DNA of 62,611 bases, filler included. It is 7 parts of 7 records of this genome, joined end to end, with 100 filler letters (N's around TTAATTAATTAA, not from the genome) between each part and the next. Parts side by side here need not be neighbours in the genome. Positions count along the whole stretch, not along the records: positions 24,365 to 36,289 come from DRR723986_19447; positions 36,390 to 45,727 come from DRR723986_19542; 5 more parts are not named here. One strand, written 5' to 3'. A program made the position numbers and the translations under genes. The notes beneath the pieces are model-generated. The model was not told the origin of the DNA and made no database searches. It was given only the letters and a program-made list of their open reading frames with translations. Shown here one piece after another: positions 30,798-41,015 of this stretch (positions are counted from its first letter, which is position 1; every line of letters starts with the position of its first letter).

Positions 30798-31391
30798 ATG
30801 AAGAAACTTTTATTTGTAATGGTTGCGGTTCTGGCGGGCGCTTTTGCGCTGACCGCTCAGGCAGCTCCGCGATATGGCTACTTTGACCACAGCACGAACA
30901 CCTGGGTCACTCCGAAATATCACCCGGGCGGCCCGTCCCCGGTCAAACGCAAGCGCGTGAAATATGATGGCCCGTACCCTGCAGGCACGATCGTCATCGA
31001 TACCTCCGAGCGCCGTCTTTATCATGTCCTGCCTGGTGGCAAGGCCATGAAGTACGGCGTCGGCGTTGGCAAGGATGGCTTCCAGTGGGCCGGCACGCAC
31101 CGCATCACCCGCAAGGCTGAATGGCCGAGCTGGACCCCGCCTGCACAGATGCGTGCTCGTGAACGTGCGAAAGGCCGTATCCTTCCGGCTTACATGCCGG
31201 GTGGACCGAACAACCCGATGGGTGCTCGCGCGATGTACATCGGCTCGACCCTCTACCGCATTCACGGCACGACTGAGCCGTGGACCATCGGTTCGGCTGT
31301 CTCTTCCGGCTGTATCCGTCTGGCAAATGAAGACGTGATCCACCTCTACAACAGCGTGACTGTTGGTTCGAAGGTCATCGTGAAGCGCTAA
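30798..31391 (+). CDS. L,D-transpeptidase (ErfK/YbiS/YkuD family)
   Basis: Signal peptide; NPMGARAMY, RIHGT, SSGCIRL. Confidence 0.93.
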   Translation: MKKLLFVMVAVLAGAFALTAQAAPRYGYFDHSTNTWVTPKYHPGGPSPVKRKRVKYDGPYPAGTIVIDTSERRLYHVLPGGKAMKYGVGVGKDGFQWAGTHRITRKAEWPSWTPPAQMRARERAKGRILPAYMPGGPNNPMGARAMYIGSTLYRIHGTTEPWTIGSAVSSGCIRLANEDVIHLYNSVTVGSKVIVKR

Positions 31392-31416
31392 ACTGCGGCA
31401 CCAATTATCAAGAAAT

Positions 31417-31445
31417 AAAGCCGGGCCCTGCCCGGCTTTTTTTTT
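31417..31445. terminator. Intrinsic terminator between convergent genes
   Basis: AAAGCCGGGC-CCT-GCCCGGCTTT followed by a T run. Confidence 0.85.
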
Positions 31446-31473
31446 GATGCTCACTTCTAAATCCCAGACTTGA

Positions 31474-32043
31474 TCAATTTTCCGGGATGTGGGCATCGAT
31501 CAGCACCGCTGCCGCGTTCTTTGCCGCACCTGACGGATCCGGGTCGAACCCCATCTGAGCGGCAACGATTGCCCCCTCCTTGAGAAGGAGGATCTGACGT
31601 GCCAGCAGATCCGGCTCGCGAGCCCCCGCGTGTTCCGCAAGGCTCCTGAGTGCCGACAGAAGCAGGCGCTTGTGTTCGGTGGACTGGACATATGCAGGGT
31701 GTACAGGGTCCTGAAACTCAGCCGATGCCTTGATGAACATACATCCCTTGAAACCGGGTTCTTCGAACCACTCTTTCAGAATATCAAAAACTGCGAGCAG
31801 CTTTTGCCTTGGCGAAAGATCGCGTTCATCCAGCCTGCGCAGGAACCAGTTCCGGAAAGTCTCGTCCCGATATCTCAACACCGCCAGGATCAGATCATCC
31901 TTGGTTCTGAAATGCTTGAACATCGTCGTCTTGGAGATGCCTGTTTCAGCAACAAGCGTATCCATGCCGGTCGCATGGAAACCGTCTCTGTAAAAGACAG
32001 CCAGAGACTTGCGTACCAGTTCATCGCGTTTGCTTGGTCGCAT
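31474..32043 (-). CDS. TetR/AcrR family regulator
   Basis: GFHATGMDTLVAETGISKTTMFKHFRTKDDL HTH; GCMFI motif; start ATG 32043. Confidence 0.92.
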   Translation of the reverse strand: MRPSKRDELVRKSLAVFYRDGFHATGMDTLVAETGISKTTMFKHFRTKDDLILAVLRYRDETFRNWFLRRLDERDLSPRQKLLAVFDILKEWFEEPGFKGCMFIKASAEFQDPVHPAYVQSTEHKRLLLSALRSLAEHAGAREPDLLARQILLLKEGAIVAAQMGFDPDPSGAAKNAAAVLIDAHIPEN

Positions 32044-32186
32044 GAGCTTCCTTTCTGTACTGACTTGTAAATAGTCAAACGTCAGCAATCGTTCAAGATG
32101 TCCAAAATAGATCCTGCCCAAACAGCCAAAACACGACACCCTCACGTTTTAATGATCTCAGGCTCGAAGTTAGCGCCTTGCTATCA

Positions 32187-32233
32187 TGTACAGATCGGTA
32201 CATATATGACTCGTAACTGAACAGATCGGTACA
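32187..32233. promoter_or_regulatory. Two TetR-type operator palindromes
   Basis: TGTACAGATCGGTACA (32187-32202) and TGAACAGATCGGTACA (32218-32233) in the divergent intergenic region. Confidence 0.7.
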
Positions 32234-32265
32234 CATTTATCTGTTTAACACTGCGAGGCAAACCC

Positions 32266-32439
32266 ATGTTCTCACCAAGACCTGCATATCCGCGCGGCTT
32301 CTATCTCTTCGGCGCACTTGTTGCCGGGGTACTTGTGATCACATCAGCCTTGACCCCGGCCCCCCAGCCGCTGGACGCCCGCCTTCATGCGGGGTTGGCC
32401 TCGTCTCCTCAAATTCAGACCCTGGAGCTCGCGCGATGA
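32266..32439 (+). CDS. Small (57 aa) single-TM protein coupled to the DUF1348 gene
   Basis: [36 protein letters not shown]..; its stop overlaps the next start (ATGA). Confidence 0.55.
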   Translation: MFSPRPAYPRGFYLFGALVAGVLVITSALTPAPQPLDARLHAGLASSPQIQTLELAR

Positions 32440-32906
32440 CAGAACAGCGCCCCCCGCTGCCGCCTTTTACCCTTGAGACCGCCCGCCAGAAGGTGCGTGC
32501 TGCGGAAGACGGCTGGAACAGCCGGAACCCGGAGAAGGTCTCCCTAGCCTATACACCGGACACCATTTGGCGGAACCGGTCGGACTTTCCGGTCGGTCGG
32601 GAGCAAGTGGTGGAATTCCTCACCAGCAAATGGCAGAGGGAACAGGAGTACCGCCTGATCAAGGAACTATGGACATTTGCCGGCAACCGGATTGCGGTTC
32701 GCTTTGCCTACGAATGGCACGATGCGGCCGGACAATGGTACCGCTCCTACGGCAACGAGAATTGGGAGTTCGCACCCAATGGCCTGATGCATCGCCGATT
32801 TGCAAGCATCAATGATCTCGCCATTTCCGCGAATGATCGCAAGATGCACTGGCCTCAGGGCCCGCGCCCGGCAGACTATCCTGGCCTGAGTGAACTCGGA
32901 CTTTAG
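32436..32906 (+). CDS. DUF1348 (SnoaL/NTF2-like) protein
   Basis: [38 protein letters not shown]. Confidence 0.92.
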   Translation: MTEQRPPLPPFTLETARQKVRAAEDGWNSRNPEKVSLAYTPDTIWRNRSDFPVGREQVVEFLTSKWQREQEYRLIKELWTFAGNRIAVRFAYEWHDAAGQWYRSYGNENWEFAPNGLMHRRFASINDLAISANDRKMHWPQGPRPADYPGLSELGL

Positions 32907-33020
32907 CCAGCCACAACCCAAAAGCCCGCGAAAGCCCGGAACGTTTCAAGACGTTCAAGCAACCGGTGCCCTGCGTTCAGCAGGACACCGGCCGGTGATC
33001 CAAAAGACCGGAAGGGCAGC

Positions 33021-33731
33021 TCAATGTCCGGACAGCATCATCTCGCCGTCGTGCAGGAAACAGCCCTTGTCGAAGTGCGATAGATCGACAGGATTGGTTG
33101 TGCGGATATCGGAGAACCCTGGCAGTGACCGGATCTCGGGATCAAAGCTTCTGTGGACCTGCGACAGGAAGACAAGCGTGATACGCCGCTTGATTGCAAA
33201 TTGTCTCAGCTCCTCGATCTGAACACCGAGCGGTGGCTGAGAGCGATGCTGATCCATGACCTGAAGATAATCGATGACGGCAATGGAGCCCGGCACAGCA
33301 TCAGCCAGCGCCTCTTCAATCTTCTCGGCGCAGACGTTGTCGGAAAGCCTAATCCGGAACGATCCCGATTTTTCCGGATCGTGGTATCCGCTGGCGGAAA
33401 GCTTCATACGAACATCGCGATACGAACATTCTGACGAAAAGAACACGGACGCTCGACCGGCCTTGGCCGCTTCTGCAAGCAACTCGAGCCCCAGCACTGT
33501 TTTGCCGTGCCCCGGCCGTGCACCAAGGATGACCATATCGCCGGGTTCAAGCGCTGACAAAAGCCTGACCGACGGGCCTTGGTCGCGTACCGCAGACGCG
33601 AGATGGCTCCAGCTTCTGAAACCTTCGCGCACAGCAATTGCGTCCAATGCGCGGCTCAACGCGATGGATTTGCTGCGGGCGAGTGTTCGGGCTTCACGCT
33701 TCAGGCGGAAAACGGGTGCAGTGAGTTTCAT
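33021..33731 (-). CDS. Short DnaB-like ATPase ('DNA helicase') with small N-terminal helical domain
   Basis: GARPGHGKT Walker A, IDYLQ Walker B, LSQVHR; N-terminus LKREAR..ALDAIA..EGFRSW. Confidence 0.8.
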   Translation of the reverse strand: MKLTAPVFRLKREARTLARSKSIALSRALDAIAVREGFRSWSHLASAVRDQGPSVRLLSALEPGDMVILGARPGHGKTVLGLELLAEAAKAGRASVFFSSECSYRDVRMKLSASGYHDPEKSGSFRIRLSDNVCAEKIEEALADAVPGSIAVIDYLQVMDQHRSQPPLGVQIEELRQFAIKRRITLVFLSQVHRSFDPEIRSLPGFSDIRTTNPVDLSHFDKGCFLHDGEMMLSGH

Positions 33732-33919
33732 GGTGCGACCTCCAGATCGCGTGCATCAGCCGCAGTCCCTCCATATGCGAACGCACGATCGTCTGGTTGC
33801 CAGTATGAAACGACCCTGCAGTTCGGCTGCTGCTCCTGATGGAGGGGGATGGCTTGGGTCGAGCCACGCCCTTTCATAGCTGATTCCAGCTGGCTTCAGC
33901 CAGCCCTGCCTGCTCTCAG

Positions 33920-34288
33920 TCAACGATCCCGTGTCAGGCCCTTGTCCGCCAGTTCCTGCAGGTAGACACCCCAGTGTGCTTCCGGATCTCTGCCTAGCTC
34001 GAGGAAATACGTCCAGGTAAAAATCCCGGAGTTATGCATGTCGTCAAAATGGATACGGACTGCATAGTTGCCGACAGGTTCGATCTTCATGATCTCGACG
34101 TTGCGTTTGCCGGGCACGGTCTGCTTCTGGGATGGATTGTGGCCCTTCACTTCCGCCGAAGGTGAACACACCCGGAGATATTCAGCAGACAATTCGTGCC
34201 GTTCACCCGTGTTGAAAGCAACAGTCAGGCTCTTCTTGTCTTTCGATACGCGCAGTTCCGTCGGCCAGGGAGCAGTCGGGTCGGTCAT
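33920..34288 (-). CDS. DUF971 (gamma-butyrobetaine hydroxylase N-terminal-like) protein
   Basis: AEYLRVCSPSAEVKGH, PVGNYAV, FDDMHNSGIF. Confidence 0.9.
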   Translation of the reverse strand: MTDPTAPWPTELRVSKDKKSLTVAFNTGERHELSAEYLRVCSPSAEVKGHNPSQKQTVPGKRNVEIMKIEPVGNYAVRIHFDDMHNSGIFTWTYFLELGRDPEAHWGVYLQELADKGLTRDR

Positions 34289-34363
34289 CTCCGGGTCCTT
34301 TGATTCCACCCGGCACATGTCGCCGGGACTTGCGCGCGGACGATACCGGTAGCACCGGCACCG

Positions 34364-35800
34364 TCAAGCGGCGTCTTGTCCCGCCTGCTTCACCGCTTCA
34401 TAACCGTCGAGCGCTGCCTTGCGTGCCTTGGCATGGTCGACCAGCGGTTTCGGATAGGTCTCGCCAAGCGCGATACCGGCCTTTTTCAGGGTTTCGGCCG
34501 GGGCATCAAATGGCGCAAAGAGATAGTGCGTGTCCAGATCGCGCAGCTCTGGAACCCATTTGCGGATGTACACACCTTCCGGATCAAATTTTTCTCCCTG
34601 GGTAATCGGGTTGAAGACCCGAAAATAAGGAGCAGCATCAGCACCTGATCCTGCAACCCACTGCCAGCTTGCTGAATTGTTGGCAAGGTCCGCATCCACC
34701 AGCGTGTCACGGAACCAGGCCTCGCCATGGTGCCAATGAATACGCAGATGCTTGATCAGGAAACTCGCCACGATCATGCGCACCCGGTTGTGCATGTATC
34801 CGGTTTGCCAGAGTTCGCGCATGCCGGCGTCGACAATCGGATATCCCGTTTGTCCTTTCTGCCACTTCTCCAACTCGTCGCCCGGCTCCTGCCAGGGATA
34901 GGCATCAAACGTTGAACGCCAGTTGTCCGACGGCAATTTCGGGAAATGGTAGAGCAAGTGGTACGCAAATTCCCGCCAGGCAATCTCGGACAGGAATTTC
35001 ATACCGTCACCGGCAACCGACGATTTCCGGTCCATTACCTTCTGCGTTGCATGCCAGATCTGTCGGGGTGAGATTTCGCCGAAGTGGAGATGCGGCGACA
35101 AGCGCGACACATTCGGAAGATCAGGGCGATTGCGCAATGTGCCATAGCCCTTCAAGCCTTCCTCGAAGAAGCCGTCCAGCCGCTCCGCAGCACCGGCTTC
35201 ACCGGGCTGCCAGCAATCCTCCCATCCCTTTGCCCAGTTCGGTTTCGTGGGCAAGAGGTCAAAGTTCTCAAGCTTTTCACCACCATCGTAGTCCGCAAAT
35301 TCCAGCTTCTCCGGTGCTGGCAAGGCGTCATCGATGGTCTTTTGCTGAGCAGCCTTCCAGAACGGCGAATACACTTTGAAGGGACCGCCGGATTTTGTCT
35401 CCAGCTCCCAGGGTTCGAACAAGAGGGACGCCTTGAAGCTTTTGACTTCAAACCCGTCTTCTTTCAACACCGTCTTGAGATCGGTGTCCCGCTCGATTGC
35501 ATGTGGTTCGTAGCATCGATTCCAGAAGACGGCCTCGGCCCCTACTTCCTTTGCAAGCTGTGGGATCAGGTGTCTCGCGCTCCCGCGCAGGAAGATCAGA
35601 CCTGGCAGATCCGCCTTCAAGGACGCCAGGCTGTGATGCAGCCACCAGAGGCTTGCCCCGCCAAGCGGGTGGGTTTCACCGGCCTGCTCTGCTGGTTCAA
35701 GGATGAAAACCGGAAGGACACGTCCCTTGCGGGCCGCCTCGAACAGGGCCGGATTGTCCTTGATGCGCAAATCCTGTCGAAACCAAACAAGTGTTGTCAT
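34364..35800 (-). CDS. phrB: Deoxyribodipyrimidine photolyase
   Basis: WFRQDLRIKDNPAL, SRLSPHLHFGEIS, WREF, TGYPIVDAGMR, MHNRVRM, YFRVFNP. Confidence 0.92.
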   Translation of the reverse strand: MTTLVWFRQDLRIKDNPALFEAARKGRVLPVFILEPAEQAGETHPLGGASLWWLHHSLASLKADLPGLIFLRGSARHLIPQLAKEVGAEAVFWNRCYEPHAIERDTDLKTVLKEDGFEVKSFKASLLFEPWELETKSGGPFKVYSPFWKAAQQKTIDDALPAPEKLEFADYDGGEKLENFDLLPTKPNWAKGWEDCWQPGEAGAAERLDGFFEEGLKGYGTLRNRPDLPNVSRLSPHLHFGEISPRQIWHATQKVMDRKSSVAGDGMKFLSEIAWREFAYHLLYHFPKLPSDNWRSTFDAYPWQEPGDELEKWQKGQTGYPIVDAGMRELWQTGYMHNRVRMIVASFLIKHLRIHWHHGEAWFRDTLVDADLANNSASWQWVAGSGADAAPYFRVFNPITQGEKFDPEGVYIRKWVPELRDLDTHYLFAPFDAPAETLKKAGIALGETYPKPLVDHAKARKAALDGYEAVKQAGQDAA

Positions 35801-36136
35801 GCTGCTCCTGCCGCTTGCTACAGCTCAGATACGCCGCAAAACACAATCGGATCAACGGCGTGCCGGATTTATTGGCACCAATACCGGGCGAGCGGCAAGT
35901 AAAGTGGATCTCCTAGGATTGTGACCGGACCAAGCACTCGTCTGAACGCGTTTCGATGCAGGTTCCTGGTCGCGCAGGCGAGCGAATTCCGGCATCTTTC
36001 CAATTGATTTGACAAGAGTACACTCACAAGTTTACCTGATGCCGTAAACCGGACATTTGCAGTCCGGTTTCAATTGAACTTGCCCGCATCGACGCCATAT
36101 GATCTGGATAAGATAAAAATCGAGGGAGAGCGAAAC

Positions 36137-36289
36137 GTGACAGACGGCAAGATTGTGGTCCCGGCACAAGCGGCAATCGGAACAGCGGACTCACATGGTC
36201 CGATGATCGACCCGTTCGGCCGCGCCGTCACCTACCTTCGCGTCTCCGTGACCGATCGTTGCGATTTCCGTTGCGTGTATTGCATGGCG
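36137..36289 (+). CDS. moaA: GTP 3',8-cyclase, N-terminal fragment
   Basis: [26 protein letters not shown] radical-SAM motif. Confidence 0.9.
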
Positions 36290-36389
36290 NNNNNNNNNNN
36301 NNNNNNNNNNNNNNNNNNNNNNNNNNNNNNNNNTTAATTAATTAANNNNNNNNNNNNNNNNNNNNNNNNNNNNNNNNNNNNNNNNNNNN
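36290..36389. other. Artificial contig spacer
   Basis: Same linker. Confidence 0.98.
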
Positions 36390-36659
<270 letters not shown>

Positions 36660-36684
36660 TCCGCCAGTAGTGTCGTAAAAAGTC

Positions 36685-36716
36685 GGCCGGACACCCTGAT
36701 TTCAGGGTGTCCGGCT
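36685..36716. terminator. Strong stem-loop after katG
   Basis: GCCGGACACCCTGA/TCAGGGTGTCCGGC perfect inverted repeat; no clear T tail on the + strand. Confidence 0.6.
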
Positions 36717-36807
36717 ACCATCTTCCCCGCATATTCCTTACAATCCGCCCCGCCTGATTTTTGATCAGCTGAATCCTGACTCACTTCGCCCCGACCCTGG
36801 AGCCTTC

Positions 36808-37785
36808 ATGCGAATCATCCTTGCCCCGATGGAAGGGCTGGTCGACGCACCCATTCGTGAAACCCTGACCAAGGTCGGTGGGATTGACCGGTGCGTGACG
36901 GAATTTATTCGCGTGACCCACGGCATGCTGCCGCCCCGGATTTTCTACAAGTACGCTCCGGAGCTTTACAACGGTGCGCTCACAAAAGTAGGTACACCCG
37001 TGGCCGTTCAACTGCTGGGCTCCAACGCCGACATGATGGGCCGTCACGGTGCCAAGGCTGCCGAGCTGGGAGCAGGGCAGGTGGATATCAATTTCGGCTG
37101 TCCCGCCAAAACCGTGAACAAGCACAAAGGTGGTTGTGTGCTGATGCGGGAGCCGGAGCTGATGTATGAAATCACCGCGGCCGTTCGTAAAGCCGTGCCT
37201 GCGGATATTCCGGTAACCGCCAAGATGCGTCTGGGTTACGACGACCGTTCCATGGGCGTGGCCTGTGGCCAGGCGTTGGAAGCGGCCGGTGCTTCTGAGA
37301 TCGTCATTCACGCCCGCAGTAAGGTGGATGGTTACAAGCCGCCCGCTTACTGGGAAGAAATCGCCAGGGTACGCGAAGCGGTCAAAAGCCACGTAATCGC
37401 CAACGGCGAAATCTGGACCGTGGAAGACTACTGGCGCTGCCGAAAAGTCTCCGGCTGCGACGATGTGATGATCGGCCGCGGCCTGATTGCCCGGCCAGAT
37501 CTGGCGGCCCAGATCAAGGCCTCCCAGAGCGGAGAAACACGGGAGCCCATGAGCTGGGCCGAGGCCATGGTTCTGGTGCGGGAATACGCCGCTGCTCTGC
37601 AAACCCGCCTGGAAGACAAGTATGTGACCGGCCGCATCAAGCAATGGCTCAATTACCTGCGTCAGGGCTTTGCCGAAGCCGAGGCCCTTTGGCCCCAGGC
37701 TCGTAAAATCCGGGAAGTTGCGCCCATGCTGGCCTGCCTGGATCAGCCATTAGACCTTCCGCAGCGTCACACCAGCGCGGCCTAA
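36808..37785 (+). CDS. dusC: tRNA-dihydrouridine synthase C
   Basis: LAPMEG, INFGCPAKTVN, HARSK..Y.PPA.W, IANGEI. Confidence 0.9.
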   Translation: MRIILAPMEGLVDAPIRETLTKVGGIDRCVTEFIRVTHGMLPPRIFYKYAPELYNGALTKVGTPVAVQLLGSNADMMGRHGAKAAELGAGQVDINFGCPAKTVNKHKGGCVLMREPELMYEITAAVRKAVPADIPVTAKMRLGYDDRSMGVACGQALEAAGASEIVIHARSKVDGYKPPAYWEEIARVREAVKSHVIANGEIWTVEDYWRCRKVSGCDDVMIGRGLIARPDLAAQIKASQSGETREPMSWAEAMVLVREYAAALQTRLEDKYVTGRIKQWLNYLRQGFAEAEALWPQARKIREVAPMLACLDQPLDLPQRHTSAA

Positions 37786-38801
37786 TTATCAGCTTCCATT
37801 GAGCCTAGATAATCACCGGAACGGGCCAGGCCATTGAGTCTGGCCCGTTTTTTCATGGCTGCCTGTGCCGACCCGGCATTCTCCAGCTTTCCGGCCCAGG
37901 CTTTCTGGGCAGGTTCCTGCAGAGCCCGGCCGTAGGAGAAACTTAGCTCCCAGGGATGGTAGCCCATGCTGTTCAGAGCATTGAGGTTCTCGGTGGATTC
38001 TTCAGGTGTCTGGCCTCCGGAGAGAAAAAATATCCCGGGGACGGCCGCCGGCACCACTCGCCGGAATACGCTCAGTGTTGCTTCGGCAACCTGTTCAGGC
38101 GAGGCTTTGCCGGATTCCTTGCCTGGTGTCACCATGCTGGGCTTCAGTACCATGCATTCCAGGTTCACCCGGTGCCGGTGCAGGGCCTTGAACACTTCCA
38201 GCAATACGTCTTCGCTCACCTCTGCAGCCCGCTCGATAGTGTGATTTCCGTCAATCAGTACCTCCGGCTCAACAATCGGCACAATACCCATCGACTGGCA
38301 CACGGCGGCGTAGCGGGCCAGCACCTCGGCGTTGGACTTGATGGCCTGGAACGAGGGCAGAGTGTCCGAGATATGGAACACATCCCGCCACTTGGCGAAG
38401 CGGGCACCCATGGCCTTGTAGTGTTCAAGCCGGGCTGCCAGGCCATCCAGTCCGTAGGTAATCTCGTCCCCCGGGGCATTCACCAGCGGGCCTTTGCCCT
38501 GATCGACCTTGATGCCGGGCACGATGCTCTGGCTGGCAAGGAGCTTGGGGATAGCAATGTCTTCCAGGCTCAGCTGTTCCAGGGTCTCTTCGAAAAGAAT
38601 CACGCCACTGATGTGCTCGCCAAGTCCGGGCGTGGAGAAAATAATGCTGCGGTATTCGCGCCGCGTGGCTTCCGTGGATTCAACGCCTACGGCTTTGAAG
38701 CGTTTGGCAATGGTCGGGGAGCTTTCATCTGCGGCCAGAATGCCTTTGCCCGGTTGCACGAGATCGGCAATGGTGGCGTTAAGTTCTTCCTGAGTGGTCA
38801 T
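37782..38801 (-). CDS. Class I fructose-bisphosphate aldolase
   Basis: GKGILAADES, FAKWR, PIVEPEV, LKPSMV, FLSGGQ, FSYGRALQ. Confidence 0.93.
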   Translation of the reverse strand: MTTQEELNATIADLVQPGKGILAADESSPTIAKRFKAVGVESTEATRREYRSIIFSTPGLGEHISGVILFEETLEQLSLEDIAIPKLLASQSIVPGIKVDQGKGPLVNAPGDEITYGLDGLAARLEHYKAMGARFAKWRDVFHISDTLPSFQAIKSNAEVLARYAAVCQSMGIVPIVEPEVLIDGNHTIERAAEVSEDVLLEVFKALHRHRVNLECMVLKPSMVTPGKESGKASPEQVAEATLSVFRRVVPAAVPGIFFLSGGQTPEESTENLNALNSMGYHPWELSFSYGRALQEPAQKAWAGKLENAGSAQAAMKKRARLNGLARSGDYLGSMEADN

Positions 38802-38953
38802 GGAGCCTCCCTGAATCGGACTGGGGTTTGAGGTTTCGATACAGCATGAGTTTAGCCGGTTATTTTGTGCCTGGTATTTGATCTGAGCTAAAGCAGCTGA
38901 GCGCTCCATCTTCTAAACTGATTGCATAACAAAACAACAAGGATGCCCCCGCC

Positions 38954-41008
38954 ATGAAAACGGTCGTTAGTGTCAGCCAGGGATCATCGGAATACGATTA
39001 CGAACTGGAAACCACATTTCTGGAACAGCCATTCCGGATTATTCGGGTAGGCACGGATGGAAACCTGGGACGTGCCGAGGCGGTGCTGGATTCCGTTTGC
39101 GGGGAGGCCGATGCCATTGGCCTGAGCATGATTCACGATCACTACCAGGTGGGCCGTGAGCAGCTGGAACATCCTGACACGGCTCGCCTTGAGGCCTGTA
39201 TTCCGGACAAACCGGTGACGACCGGTGCCGGCCTCCGGGGTATCTTGCAGGAATGGGCGGTACGCCATACGCAGACTGAGCTGGGGCACTTTTTTGACAA
39301 CGCCCGGGTACTGTTGCTGAACGGCCAGGCCGGCTACCGAATTGCCAAGGCGTTGTCTGAACACACCGATAACCTGTTTTTTGCCGACCCCTATCTGGAT
39401 TTCGGCGTACCGAGACTACTGACTTCCCTGGGCCAGCTCGAAACCTATACATCGCTGACGGCTCCGGTGACTTTTCGTCCTGCGGCGGTCAAGTTCATTG
39501 AAGCACTGCACAAAACGCCAATTTACCGCATGGGCGAAAAGCTTATTCGTGGCTCTTTACATGAGTCGGTGAAGGACTCCCATGTGATTGTAGGTGCCAT
39601 GGGGGATCTGGAGGCTTTCTCGGAAAAGGAACTGGACGGTAAAACCGTGATCACCTCCCGGGTTACGGAGTCTGCCCTGGACTGGTTCCGCTCCCGGAAA
39701 GTCGCCATGGTAGTGGACTACAGTCCCTGGCTGGAAGGCCGGCCCGTGGGCGTGAATGTGATGGAAGCGATGATAAGCGCGGCCTTGTCCCGCACGCCGG
39801 AGCAGCTGGGCGCAGACGACTTCCTGGACGTTATTCAAACCCTGGGAATTGAGCCGCGGATTCTATATCCCAACGGCTATCGGCGGATAAACCGCTTCGC
39901 CTTCGTGATTCATCCGCTGTCTCAGCAGTATCTGACCAAAACTCCGCCGCTGGACTGGATTGCCAATGTCTCTCCGCCCACCGTGATGAACCTGGTGGAA
40001 AAGGCTGTGGCTTACACACCGCCTTTCATTTACTCCAAGGTAAGCGGCATCAAATCTCCCACCGGAGACGAAGCCGAGGGTTGGTTGATCACCGTAGGTG
40101 GGACACCCAGGGAAATCATGGCCCACGGCCCGGAGTTTACCTACAGCCGGTTGTTGGCAGCGGCAAAACTGGCCAAGAAACTTGGGGCCCAGATTATGGG
40201 GCTGGGTGCGTTCACCAAAGTGGTGGGTGACGCCGGCATCACCGTGGCCAAACGAGCACCGTTACCAATCACCACGGGTAACAGCTACAGTGCCTCCGGC
40301 GCGCTCTGGGCCGCCCACGACGCCGCCAAAAAAGTCGGCCGCGTGAGTGTTGGCAAGAGCGGCAAAATGACGGGCAAGGCGATGGTGGTCGGGGCCACAG
40401 GCGCCATTGGTTCCGTGTGCGCGCGCCTGCTGGCAAAAGCCGTGGATGAAATCTACATGGTGGCCCCGGAGGCAGCCAAGTTGCTGGCGCTGAAGGAAAG
40501 TATCGAACTGGAAACCCCTGGGGCCATCGTTCACGTCTCTGCCACCACGGATCGAGATCTTTCAGAAATGGATATGGTGGTCACCGCTACGTCCGGGGCC
40601 GGTAAACGCATTCTGGACATCATGCAGGTGAAACCCGGCTGTGTGATCACCGATGTGGCCCGGCCATTGGATATCCCGGCGGAAGATGTGGCGAAGCGGC
40701 CGGATGTGCTGGTAATCGAATCCGGGGAAATCCAGCTACCGGGAGACGTGCGCATGAAGGACATCGGCTTGCCCCGGGGCATCGCTTACGCCTGTCTGGC
40801 GGAGACGATTGTGCTGGCGCTGGAAGCGAGATTCGAGAACTTTACCCTGGGCCGAAATATTGAATGGGAGAAGGTGCGGGAGATCTACAAGCTCGGGCTC
40901 AAGCACGGCATGGAGCTGGCCGCCATATCCGGCGTGAATGGTGTGTTTACCGACGAGGACTTTGAGCGAGTGCGGACTCTGGCCGAAGAGGCCGAAGAGC
41001 CCGTTTGA
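38954..41008 (+). CDS. Two-domain oxidoreductase; C-terminal half acyl-ACP reductase-like (COG5322-type)
   Basis: FAFVIHP, GLGAFTKVV, TTGNSY, GATGAIGS Rossmann, DVARP, YACLAE..ENFTLGR..KHG. Confidence 0.7.
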   Translation: MKTVVSVSQGSSEYDYELETTFLEQPFRIIRVGTDGNLGRAEAVLDSVCGEADAIGLSMIHDHYQVGREQLEHPDTARLEACIPDKPVTTGAGLRGILQEWAVRHTQTELGHFFDNARVLLLNGQAGYRIAKALSEHTDNLFFADPYLDFGVPRLLTSLGQLETYTSLTAPVTFRPAAVKFIEALHKTPIYRMGEKLIRGSLHESVKDSHVIVGAMGDLEAFSEKELDGKTVITSRVTESALDWFRSRKVAMVVDYSPWLEGRPVGVNVMEAMISAALSRTPEQLGADDFLDVIQTLGIEPRILYPNGYRRINRFAFVIHPLSQQYLTKTPPLDWIANVSPPTVMNLVEKAVAYTPPFIYSKVSGIKSPTGDEAEGWLITVGGTPREIMAHGPEFTYSRLLAAAKLAKKLGAQIMGLGAFTKVVGDAGITVAKRAPLPITTGNSYSASGALWAAHDAAKKVGRVSVGKSGKMTGKAMVVGATGAIGSVCARLLAKAVDEIYMVAPEAAKLLALKESIELETPGAIVHVSATTDRDLSEMDMVVTATSGAGKRILDIMQVKPGCVITDVARPLDIPAEDVAKRPDVLVIESGEIQLPGDVRMKDIGLPRGIAYACLAETIVLALEARFENFTLGRNIEWEKVREIYKLGLKHGMELAAISGVNGVFTDEDFERVRTLAEEAEEPV

Positions 41009-41015
41009 CTCCAGG

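Noticed and set aside
33021-33731. Prophage or replicative dnaB
   Set aside because: Too short, lacks the DnaB N-terminal domain, and no phage or integrase genes flank it
36781-38831. Long antisense ORFs (287 aa and 291 aa) over dusC and the aldolase
   Set aside because: Typical antisense shadows of GC-rich genes; the opposite strands carry the recognisable proteins
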